From the NCBI GenBank assembly GCA_902762495.1, contig CACWOL010000006.1:3771-67770 (forward strand): a stretch of 64,000 nucleotides of DNA. The letters run 5' to 3'. The notes beneath the pieces are model-generated. The model saw only the letters and a list, made by a program, of their open reading frames with translations, was not told the DNA's origin and did no database searches. Every line of letters begins with the position of its first letter. Position 1 is the first letter of the stretch. The position numbers and the translations under genes were made by a program. Source of the DNA: an uncultured bacterium. GTDB taxonomy: Bacteria; Verrucomicrobiota; Lentisphaeria; Victivallales; UBA1829. Shown piece by piece: positions 49,974-58,153 of this stretch.

Positions 49974-51046
49974 GGGTATTCCGGCAGCTCGATGCCCATG
50001 ATCTTCGCGTCCTCGGCGAACGTGGGCTTTTCTCCGAGCATGAACCGTCCGGTGACGGTCCCGTCGGGCGCGATGGAGTCCGTGTGCCACTTCATCAGCG
50101 TGCGCGTGCGGTATTCGCCGTGTTCCAGCGGCATGATCTCCGCGATCTCCACGGTCTTGCGGGAGCCGTCCGGCAGGCGCATGGTGTGGACCACGCAGTT
50201 GATGGCGGACGCCACCTGCATGCGCAGGGCGGTCAGAGGCAGTTCGATCCCGCTCATGATGGCGCAGGTCTCCATGCGGCTCAGCGCGTCGATTGGCGTG
50301 TTCGCGTGGATGGTGGACATGGACCCGGAGTGGCCGGTGTTCATGGCCTGGAGCAGGTCGAGCGCCTCGCCGCCGCGGATTTCGCCGATGACCAGGCGGT
50401 CGGGACGCAGACGCAGGGACGCGATCACGAGGTCGCGGATAGAGAATTCGCCCTGGCCGTTCTTGTCCGGCTTGCGCGTCTCGAAATACACGCAGTGTTT
50501 CTGCTGGAGCTGAAGCTCGCTGGCGTCCTCCAGCACGAGGATGCGGTCTTTTTCGGGGATCAGGCCGCTGATGGCGTTCAGCACGGACGTCTTGCCGGAG
50601 GACGTGCCGCCGGAGACGATGGTGTTTTTCCGCAGTTTCACGATGGCGTTCAGGAGCAGCACGCCTTCGTGCGGGATGCTGCCGAAACTCTCCAGCTTCT
50701 GAATGGTCAGCATATCCTTTTTGAACTTGCGGATGGAGATGATCGTGCCGCAGCGGCTGATAGGCGGAATCGTGGCGTGGACGCGCGAACCGTCCGGGAG
50801 GCGAGCGTCGAGGTCGGGGTGCATTTCGTCGAGCTGGCGGTCCACCGACTTGGCGATGTTCACGGCGGCGGCCTTCAGCTGGGACTCGCTGGCGAACTTC
50901 GCGTCGGTCTCCTCCAGCTTGCCGCCGCGTTCGATATAGATCTGGTTCGGACCGTTGATCAGGATTTCCGAAACCCTGTCGTCGTCCAGGTATTCCTTGA
51001 CGGGCGCCAGGAACAGTACCAGAAAAGATGCGTCGTTGTTGTTCAT
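49970..51046 (-). CDS. cpaF: Second TadA/CpaF ATPase (no FHA)
   Basis: SGGTSSGKTS, LEDASEL, LRPDRLVIGEIRG, TIHAN; start set at ATG 51046. Confidence 0.92.
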   Translation of the reverse strand: MNNNDASFLVLFLAPVKEYLDDDRVSEILINGPNQIYIERGGKLEETDAKFASESQLKAAAVNIAKSVDRQLDEMHPDLDARLPDGSRVHATIPPISRCGTIISIRKFKKDMLTIQKLESFGSIPHEGVLLLNAIVKLRKNTIVSGGTSSGKTSVLNAISGLIPEKDRILVLEDASELQLQQKHCVYFETRKPDKNGQGEFSIRDLVIASLRLRPDRLVIGEIRGGEALDLLQAMNTGHSGSMSTIHANTPIDALSRMETCAIMSGIELPLTALRMQVASAINCVVHTMRLPDGSRKTVEIAEIMPLEHGEYRTRTLMKWHTDSIAPDGTVTGRFMLGEKPTFAEDAKIMGIELPEYP

Positions 51047-51489
51047 TCCAATTCCACTCCGGGGTTGACGATTTTTTCTCTGCGGTAGGCAAAACCGGTC
51101 GAGCCGGTGTCGATCTTCCAAAGCATCAGCGTCAGTTCAAGTTCAGCTTTCCGGAACGTCAGGAGCACGCGCGGGGACAGCTTGTCGTCCAGCGTGATCT
51201 GGTTTTCCGGCGACCACCCGTCGTGCAGCAGCGCCGCGGTGATCTTCGTCCGGGTGGAGATGAAGTTCGAGGCGGTCTCTCCCTCAAATTCCCAGCCGTC
51301 AGTGCCGACCTCGTTCTTCTTTTCGTCCGGCAGCTTCAGTGCGGGCAGGATGCCTTTGACGGCCTCCGTCTTTCGCGGCTGAGGACGGGGCGGTTCCGGT
51401 TTCCGTGCTGCATGTTTCAGCATCAGGAACCCCGTGCCGCACAGGAACACCAGCAGGAAGACCAGAAAGAACGGCATCAGACGCTTCAT
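51043..51489 (-). CDS. Membrane-anchored hypothetical protein in the tad operon
   Basis: N-terminal TM; overlaps flanking genes. Confidence 0.6.
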   Translation of the reverse strand: MKRLMPFFLVFLLVFLCGTGFLMLKHAARKPEPPRPQPRKTEAVKGILPALKLPDEKKNEVGTDGWEFEGETASNFISTRTKITAALLHDGWSPENQITLDDKLSPRVLLTFRKAELELTLMLWKIDTGSTGFAYRREKIVNPGVELE

Positions 51490-52187
51490 TTTTCCGGCTC
51501 GCTCCAGTCTTCATATGTGTCATAGCGTTCGTAGAAGTCGATCTTCTTCGGCTCCTTTTCTTCTTCCTTCTTGTCGTCCTTGTATTTGGCGTTGTCCATC
51601 AGCTTCAGCTCCCACTTGGAGGGATACTTGTCCTCTTTCGCCTCGAATTTCCAGATGTCCCTGTCGGCGATCAGGCTCGGATGCCAGTGGCGTTTCGCCG
51701 TCTTGGATCCCTTCGTGCGCATGATGATGCACTGCGTATACTTGTTGCCGAAGCGGGACGAGGACATCGAAAGTTCCGGGAGCATCTCCCAGGGCGATTT
51801 CGACTGGCCGCTCATCGTGTACGGCGCGTCCATCCAGTTCGAAATGTAGTCAGGGCGCGTCTGCATAATCGTGATCTTCGACGCGATGAACTGGATGTAG
51901 CTGTGTTCCTCCTCCAGGCGCCGCGCCGCGTTCGTCGAGACCAGCGTGGAGCGCGGGAACATATTCCGGAGTGCGACCATGGCGGGCGTGCGCACCTGGA
52001 ACCGGTTGCCCTCGCTCCAGACCGACCAGTGGTCCGCGGAACGCAGGTTGATCGCGTCCAGTGACTTCATGCCGATCCACAGGACGCCGCCCATGACGGC
52101 GATGTAGACCGGCAGGACCAGCACGAATTCCATCAGGACCGAGCCGCGGCACGTTCGATTTGCTTTTTTAATGTCCCAGATAGTCAC
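51486..52187 (-). CDS. TadE-like minor pilin
   Basis: CRG|SVLMEFVLVLPVY. Confidence 0.75.
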   Translation of the reverse strand: MTIWDIKKANRTCRGSVLMEFVLVLPVYIAVMGGVLWIGMKSLDAINLRSADHWSVWSEGNRFQVRTPAMVALRNMFPRSTLVSTNAARRLEEEHSYIQFIASKITIMQTRPDYISNWMDAPYTMSGQSKSPWEMLPELSMSSSRFGNKYTQCIIMRTKGSKTAKRHWHPSLIADRDIWKFEAKEDKYPSKWELKLMDNAKYKDDKKEEEKEPKKIDFYERYDTYEDWSEPEK

Positions 52188-53907
52188 GGAGTTTTTCCCA
52201 GTTCAGTTTCTGTTCGGCGTTCTTGCCGCCGCCGTTCTTGTTATCCTCGGCGATAAGGCCTCCCGGCGGCTTGAGCTTTTCCCAGTCGGGCAGCTTCTTC
52301 TGGTCGACGTCCTTGCCTTTCGCATCGACCCAGCCCTTCTTGTCGAGCATGACTTCCTTCAGGATATTGCCGCCGGTCGGGGCGAAGGTCTGAGCCTTGC
52401 CGACGCCGGCACAGAGATCCCAGGCATGCTTCACGGGCAGCATCACGCCGTCCCAGTCGGTCTCCACCAGGTTCCATTCCTTTTCGCGGCTTTCCTTCAC
52501 GTACCCGATGTTGTAATCGGAGCTCTTCATCTTCGCTTCCTTGTCCTTGTTGTACGTCTTGTAGCCCGCGCGGGCGGTCGCGATGGCGCACATGTACTCG
52601 GGGCGGTTCCCGTTCGCCACGCTCGGATTGAACGCGGAGAGGATGCCGGATGCCGTCAGCGACTGCGGATTCGAAAGGATGCCGTCGAACTTCGCCAGAG
52701 GATTGGCCGTTTTCCGCACGATCGCGACCGTGATGGTCCCGCTCTTGCCGAAGAAGGTCGGCAGAAGCGTGATCGGAATCGCGGGCGTAACGACCAGGCC
52801 GATTGGCATATTCTCTTTGATGAGCGGAAAGTCGGTCCCCTTGATTTTGGGGTGGCCGCGTTTCCAGCCGCCGGAGCCGCGCGCGACAGGCGGCAGATGG
52901 AGAGAGACCGTCCAAATCTGAACGTGACGCCATTTGGTCCAGAACCAGTCCCATTCCGCATACAGGACTTTCTTCTGCTGCTGGTACACGCGCCAGAAGC
53001 CGACGGGCGATTTCTGTTTCATCCAGACGTCCGTCCCCCGGCCGAACACGTCCTTCGGCTTGAAACTCTTCAGCGTCGGGTCGGCAAACGCGATGAAAGT
53101 CTGCTCGTTGTCCGCGGTTCCCGGCATGGTGAGGAAGCTCAGATTGATGTCGCCCATGTGAACTTTCACATAATAATCGTCCTTGCATTCCATCATGTTC
53201 GCGATGGCGATCTGCTGGGCGGTTTCCTTGACCTTTTTCTGGTATTCGTCCCTCAGATTGACGAGCTTCTTCGTCATCTTGATGATGTTGTAGCTGTATG
53301 TCATCACCTTCGGCAGGTTTGTGACAGTGCCTTTCCCCTTGATGTTCGCCTCGGCGATATGATAGGTCTGGTTGAGCAGGAATCTCGACAGCATTCCCTG
53401 TCCGTTGAACTCCTTTGCTACAAGCGGGAGGCCGACGCCTGTTCCAGCGAGTTTGAGAACGCTGTCATTGACGAGTTCGTCCGTTCCGCAGTTGAAATTC
53501 AAGCCCGGTGCATGCATATGGCACGGGCTATTCTCCGAGACGCACGTCGCAAAATCTTTGGAGAATTTGGCGAAGACCGTAGCGCAGAACGTATCCATCG
53601 CCAGGTCGAGCGAACGTTTCTGCAGGTCCACGTAGGTCCATGCCATCGCCTTGTTCACCGTCGCCATCCGGCTGAGGTAGTCCGCCTGGACCACCGAGGC
53701 GGAATAAGCCGCCGCGTCCGCCGCGTTCTGGAGCTCGATCTTGTTCCGCACCACCTCGCCGACGCCGTAGATTCCGATCACCATCAGGTAGATCGGCATG
53801 ACGAACGACAGCGTGACGGCGAGCGCCGCGCCGGAATTCCCCTTCGCCAGCTCGTTGCTCCGGGCTTTGAATACGCCCCACATGCTTGTCGGAAGTTTGT
53901 TCGCCAT
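52168..53907 (-). CDS. TadG-like large minor pilin / tip protein
   Basis: NSG|AALAV..; ELQNAADAAAYSAS Tad N-domain; long unique C-terminus. Confidence 0.75.
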   Translation of the reverse strand: MANKLPTSMWGVFKARSNELAKGNSGAALAVTLSFVMPIYLMVIGIYGVGEVVRNKIELQNAADAAAYSASVVQADYLSRMATVNKAMAWTYVDLQKRSLDLAMDTFCATVFAKFSKDFATCVSENSPCHMHAPGLNFNCGTDELVNDSVLKLAGTGVGLPLVAKEFNGQGMLSRFLLNQTYHIAEANIKGKGTVTNLPKVMTYSYNIIKMTKKLVNLRDEYQKKVKETAQQIAIANMMECKDDYYVKVHMGDINLSFLTMPGTADNEQTFIAFADPTLKSFKPKDVFGRGTDVWMKQKSPVGFWRVYQQQKKVLYAEWDWFWTKWRHVQIWTVSLHLPPVARGSGGWKRGHPKIKGTDFPLIKENMPIGLVVTPAIPITLLPTFFGKSGTITVAIVRKTANPLAKFDGILSNPQSLTASGILSAFNPSVANGNRPEYMCAIATARAGYKTYNKDKEAKMKSSDYNIGYVKESREKEWNLVETDWDGVMLPVKHAWDLCAGVGKAQTFAPTGGNILKEVMLDKKGWVDAKGKDVDQKKLPDWEKLKPPGGLIAEDNKNGGGKNAEQKLNWEKLRDYLGH

Positions 53908-53909
53908 GT

Positions 53910-54578
53910 TCAGAAAACGTCCAGTGGATATGCTTTCGTCCCGTAGGGGATGTTGACCACGCTCGTCGAACTAAGCTCGATATACGGGATCTTCAGGTCT
54001 TTTTCCGGCTCGACTGTCTGAGGATCGTCCGCGAGCAGAGCCGGGTTCAGCGCGTACGCCTGGTCGTCGAGTTTCTTCTGCCAGTCCTTGTCCTTCTTGT
54101 TCGGGTTCGAGAAGAACGCAATCAGAGGCCCCGCGACCGGAACGTTCAGGAACATTTTGAACTTGACCGTGCAGCGCACCCCGGACGGATCGATGTCCAC
54201 CAGCGGGATGTCGACGGACACCTGTTTCTCCAGGTATTTCGTGTCGGGCAGATACCCCCAGCCGTCCAGCTTGCAGTATTCGTCTTTCGTCCGATCGTCC
54301 TTGCCGCCTTTGCCGTTTGCGACGGGCGACGCGGAGACGACCGCGAGGATGCGTTTGACGACCTTTTCCGCCTGGGACTGCCGCTGAATATTGTTCGTCA
54401 CCATGGACGAACGCGCCCCCATGTAGGCGGCGTAATGGACCACCTGCCACGTGATCATGATCTGCGCCAGCTGCATGGCAAAGAGGAACAGCACGAGCAG
54501 GATCGGAAAGCAGAGCACGAATTCCAGCAGGACCGCGCCCTTGCGTTCTTTCAGGAATGTTTCTCTTCGTCTGAGCAT
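53910..54578 (-). CDS. tadE: TadE minor pilin
   Basis: RKG|AVLLEFVLCFPILL..YAAYMGAR. Confidence 0.8.
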   Translation of the reverse strand: MLRRRETFLKERKGAVLLEFVLCFPILLVLFLFAMQLAQIMITWQVVHYAAYMGARSSMVTNNIQRQSQAEKVVKRILAVVSASPVANGKGGKDDRTKDEYCKLDGWGYLPDTKYLEKQVSVDIPLVDIDPSGVRCTVKFKMFLNVPVAGPLIAFFSNPNKKDKDWQKKLDDQAYALNPALLADDPQTVEPEKDLKIPYIELSSTSVVNIPYGTKAYPLDVF

Positions 54579-54590
54579 CGCCGCGCCTCG

Positions 54591-55154
54591 TCAAACCATA
54601 TAAGCCAGCTGGATCAGCAGATTGCACCACAGCCCCGCCGCGATCGCCACGCCGAACGGGACCCGGCATGCTTCCGTGTCCTTCGGGGGCATCGACTTCC
54701 GCCCCTCGGCGCGGTCGTACCGCCAGTCGAAGATGCAGCGCAGGTAATGCTTCAGCCGTGCCGTGTTCACCCATTTCATCGCAAGCATCACCACGGCCAG
54801 GATGATCCCCGCGAAGGAGATCAGCAGAAGCAGATTCAGCGTGTTGATCAGCGAATCGCTTGCGACGCCCGGTCCCGCCGTCAGACCTGCCGCGAACATC
54901 ATCTTCACGTCGCCCGCCCCCGCCGCACGCAGATAGAACGGCAGCAGCATGAACAGCGAGGACAGAAACGCCACGGTCAGGGACATTAGCAGATAGTCCA
55001 GCCCGGCGGCGAGAGCGACCGCCGCCATGACCGCCGCACCGCCGAAGGTCAGGCGGTTCGGCAGTTCATGCCGTCTGCAGTCGCACACCGAGAGCCAGAT
55101 CAGCCACGGCGTCGCAAGCGCCAGTTTGATGAGAATCAGGTTCGTGGTGTTCAT
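54591..55154 (-). CDS. cpaA: Prepilin peptidase CpaA/TadV (A24 family)
   Basis: CDCRRHELPN and GAGDVKM aspartate motifs; VPFGVAI; start set at ATG 55154. Confidence 0.88.
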   Translation of the reverse strand: MNTTNLILIKLALATPWLIWLSVCDCRRHELPNRLTFGGAAVMAAVALAAGLDYLLMSLTVAFLSSLFMLLPFYLRAAGAGDVKMMFAAGLTAGPGVASDSLINTLNLLLLISFAGIILAVVMLAMKWVNTARLKHYLRCIFDWRYDRAEGRKSMPPKDTEACRVPFGVAIAAGLWCNLLIQLAYMV

Positions 55155-55155
55155 G

Positions 55156-55203
55156 AAAAAAAAGAAAAAGGACAGGAACTGGGCGTTTGCGTCATTCCTG
55201 TCC
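55156..55203 (-). terminator. Terminator/attenuator between the flp genes and cpaA
   Basis: GGACAGGAA/TTCCTGTCC stem followed by a U-rich tract on the minus strand. Confidence 0.65.
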
Positions 55204-55230
55204 GGATCGTGCTGAAAAGCCGCCAACTCC

Positions 55231-55479
55231 TTATTGGTAGTTGTGCATGTTCTTTTCGTGCTCTTCGGCTTTCTTGATGTCGTCCTTGGCGTTCTGCTGG
55301 TTATTCTTCTGATAATCCGCAGCACCCTTGGCGTCGGTCATGGATCTCGTCGCCACGTTCATTTCTCTGGAAACGTTCTTGCCGAACATGATCACGGCCA
55401 CGACGACCGCCGCGGCGATCAGGACTGCGATGATGACGTATTCCATCATCACTGCATGTTTTTTTCTGACAGTCAGCAT
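55231..55479 (-). CDS. flp: Flp major pilin 2 (His at -1)
   Basis: KKH|AVMMEYVIIAVLIAAAVVVAVIMFG. Confidence 0.85.
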   Translation of the reverse strand: MLTVRKKHAVMMEYVIIAVLIAAAVVVAVIMFGKNVSREMNVATRSMTDAKGAADYQKNNQQNAKDDIKKAEEHEKNMHNYQ

Positions 55480-55497
55480 GGTAACGGGCTTGCCTCC

Positions 55498-55749
55498 TTA
55501 TTGATAGTTGTGCATGTTCTTTTCGTGTTCGTTTGCCTTCTTGATGTCGTCCGCGGTGCCCTGCTTGACTTCCTTCTGAGCGGTCTCAGCGCCCTTGGCG
55601 TCGGTCATGGACTTGGTCGCCACGTTCATTTCTTTGGAAACGTTCTTGCCGAACATAATCACAGCCACGACGACTGCCGCGGCGATCAGGACTGCGATGA
55701 TGACGTATTCCATCATGACGGCGTGTTTTTTCTGGGTCTTGCTCTTCAT
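55498..55749 (-). CDS. flp: Flp major pilin 1 (His at -1)
   Basis: QKKH|AVMMEYVIIAVLIAAAVVVAVIMFG; GGAGG RBS; tandem paralog of pilin 2. Confidence 0.85.
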   Translation of the reverse strand: MKSKTQKKHAVMMEYVIIAVLIAAAVVVAVIMFGKNVSKEMNVATKSMTDAKGAETAQKEVKQGTADDIKKANEHEKNMHNYQ

Positions 55750-55793
55750 AGCGAACCTCCTTGTTGCTGTGAAATAATTAAGTGGTTAAATAT

Positions 55794-55822
55794 ATTATAG
55801 CATAACTGTTCGAAAAATACAA
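55794..55822 (-). promoter_or_regulatory. sigma70 promoter of the flp operon
   Basis: TTGTAT-17nt-TATAAT with an extended -10 TG. Confidence 0.75.
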
Positions 55823-55965
55823 GGGCTCCGGTAGCTTTTTTAAAAAAAATGTGGAAATACGGAGAAAAAAGAGGTTCTTCGACGGTTTCTGACAAAAGAT
55901 CATAGTGATTTCTCGCAGTTGATTTCTGGGAGTTGGTATATTTTGAGTTTGAAGTTGCTATATAT

Positions 55966-56040
55966 TTCCCAAAAGTGGCAATCTTTCCATTTTTCGGGAA
56001 TATCTTTGTTTTCTTTACTTGTTTTTTTTGCTTGTGGTGC
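55966..56040 (+). repeat. ~75-bp block with an internal palindrome, copy 1
   Basis: TTCCCAAAAGTGG-CAATCTTT-CCATTTTTCGGGAA..CTTTACTTG..; near-identical to 63605-63680. Confidence 0.75.
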
Positions 56041-56144
56041 TTGAAAAAAGCAATATAACTCAATATTAAACTTGACTTTTTCTGATTCCGATGCTATTTT
56101 AATGTGTGTTATTGGATTCATGACGCCAAATCACGGAGGCTGAC

Positions 56145-56459
56145 ATGGCGAAAAAAACTGCAATCGTATTGCCGAAGACGGAGGAACTCCTGCGTACCTT
56201 CGGCGAAAACATCCGTCTGGCGCGTCTGCGCCGGAATATCACGGCGAAACTTGAGGCGGAACGAGCGGGGATTAGCATAGCGACACTCGCAAAGATCGAG
56301 AACGGCGCTCCGACGGTGGCGATAGGGCATTACATGCAGGTCCTCCTGACGCTTGGGCTGGAACGTGATATTCTGAAGGTCGCCGCAGACGATGAACTTG
56401 GACGGAAGCTTCAGGACATTGGGCTGTCCGTCCGCAGACGCGCATCGAAACGGAGCTGA
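56145..56459 (+). CDS. hipB: HipB-like XRE antitoxin
   Basis: IRLARLRRNIT..AERAGISIATLAKIENG; promoter TTGACT-17nt-TATTTT at 56072-56100. Confidence 0.8.
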   Translation: MAKKTAIVLPKTEELLRTFGENIRLARLRRNITAKLEAERAGISIATLAKIENGAPTVAIGHYMQVLLTLGLERDILKVAADDELGRKLQDIGLSVRRRASKRS

Positions 56460-56461
56460 AT

Positions 56462-57718
56462 ATGAATACAGGCAAGACTATTTACGTTTACTTCGATCAT
56501 CGGTCCGCAGGACGTACTCCTGTTCTGCTCGGCACACTCACTGCGCAACAGATCCGAGGCAAGGAAGTCTTTTCATTTGAGTTCAGCAAAGACTGGCTGA
56601 AGCAGAATCCCGGCCAGGCGCTTGATCCCGATTTACAGCTGTACGCCGGACCCCAATTCACCCTGAAACCGAACTTCGGACTCTTCATGGATTCCGCGCC
56701 GGATCGCTGGGGGCGGAAGCTCATGCAGCGCAGGGAGGCATACCGGGCTCGCCGCGAGGGAGAATCGCCGAGGATTCTGATGGAATCCGATTATCTGCTG
56801 GGTGTTCATGATGAGGCCCGCATGGGGGCATTGCGCTTCAAGACGAGTCCCGACGGTCATTTCCTGAACGACGATCAGGCGATGGCGGCTCCGCCGTGGG
56901 CTCGTTTGCGCGAACTCGAAGAGGCGAGCAGACACATCGACGACGACAGCACGGACTCCGAACGTGAAAAATGGCTTGCGATGCTGATCGCGCCCGGTTC
57001 GTCGTTGGGCGGGGCTCGACCGAAAGCCTGCGTTTCTGCTCCGGACGGGTCGCAGTGGATCGCCAAGTTCCCCAGCCACAAGGATAGCTCGAATACGTCC
57101 GCGTGGGAATATGCCGTCATGCGGATGGCGCGTGATGCGGGCTTGAACGTGCCGGAAACCAAGTTGGAGCACTTTTCCAAGTACGGTTCGACCTTCCTGA
57201 CCAAACGTTTTGACCGAAACGGTTCCGAACGGATTCATTTCGCTTCGGCAATGACGCTGCTTGGCAAAACGGACGGGGCCGATGCCCAGCAGGGCGAAAG
57301 CTATCTTGAGCTTGCGGAATTCATCATGCGCTACGGAGCAAGACCGGACGCCGATTTGCGTGAACTCTGGCGACGCATCGTTTTCTCCATCGCGGTATCC
57401 AACACGGACGACCATCTGCGCAACCACGGTTTTCTGCTGGCGGAATCGGGATGGGGTCTTTCGCCCGTCTATGACATCAATCCGAATCCGCAGGGACATG
57501 GCCTTTCATTGAACATAACCGACACGGATAACTCCCTCGACTTCGAGCTTGCGATGGAGGTCGCACCATTTTTCAGGCTCAGTGACTCCGAGGCGAAAAA
57601 GATATCAAACAAGGTCAGCTCCACCGTTGCGAAGTGGCGGCGTTATGCGACCGGCGCAGGAATCGGACACGCCGAGCAGGAGGAAATGGAGCCTGCATTC
57701 CGAGTGCCGGGGCATTAG
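56462..57718 (+). CDS. hipA: HipA-family kinase toxin with N-terminal HipA_N domain
   Basis: DSAPDRWG, APGSSLGGARPK, WIAKFP, NTDDHLRNHGF, LSPVYDINP. Confidence 0.9.
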   Translation: MNTGKTIYVYFDHRSAGRTPVLLGTLTAQQIRGKEVFSFEFSKDWLKQNPGQALDPDLQLYAGPQFTLKPNFGLFMDSAPDRWGRKLMQRREAYRARREGESPRILMESDYLLGVHDEARMGALRFKTSPDGHFLNDDQAMAAPPWARLRELEEASRHIDDDSTDSEREKWLAMLIAPGSSLGGARPKACVSAPDGSQWIAKFPSHKDSSNTSAWEYAVMRMARDAGLNVPETKLEHFSKYGSTFLTKRFDRNGSERIHFASAMTLLGKTDGADAQQGESYLELAEFIMRYGARPDADLRELWRRIVFSIAVSNTDDHLRNHGFLLAESGWGLSPVYDINPNPQGHGLSLNITDTDNSLDFELAMEVAPFFRLSDSEAKKISNKVSSTVAKWRRYATGAGIGHAEQEEMEPAFRVPGH

Positions 57719-57791
57719 TTCTTGATTTAGTTCTTTCTCAAAAAGAACTCAGAATTAAACTGTAAATCTATTCCATCATCCTCAAACAGAT

Positions 57792-58016
57792 ATGAAGACT
57801 GAACAGGAGAAGGCCGAGCTTGTTTCGTTGTATCGTGCGGGAACGCCGGTCCAAACCCTATGTGAAAGATTTGGTGTTTGTAAAAGCACGGCATACAATT
57901 GGATAAAAAAGTTTTCTCCGATCAAACGCACATCGTGCACGTCTGAAATCAGATTTTTCGGTTTATATCCTATGAAAAAAGGTGGCAGGAGCCCTGATCG
58001 ACAAGTTGCCGGTTGA
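57792..58016 (+). pseudogene. IS3-family transposase OrfA remnant
   Basis: EKAELVSLYRAGTPVQTLCERFGVCKSTAYNWIKK (HTH_Tnp_1-like); no OrfB/DDE domain follows. Confidence 0.6.
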
Positions 58017-58068
58017 AAGTCCAATAAGTTGCCGGTTGAAAATCCGACAAGTTGCCGGTCGAAATCTC
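58000..58068 (+). repeat. Three 23-bp tandem repeats (core AAGTTGCCGGTYGAAA)
   Basis: Units at 58000, 58023 and 58046. Confidence 0.8.
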
Positions 58069-58153
58069 GATATCTTGCCGATTGTATGCTTGAAAAAGTT
58101 GATTTTGATGCTATAGTAATAACAGGGAAACAACATAGGAGCGCGATGCCAAC

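Noticed and set aside
49077-51092. 671-aa ORF suggesting a long kinase fusion
   Set aside because: Its N-terminal ~370 codons overlap cpaF2 in another frame; the kinase starts at ATG 49973
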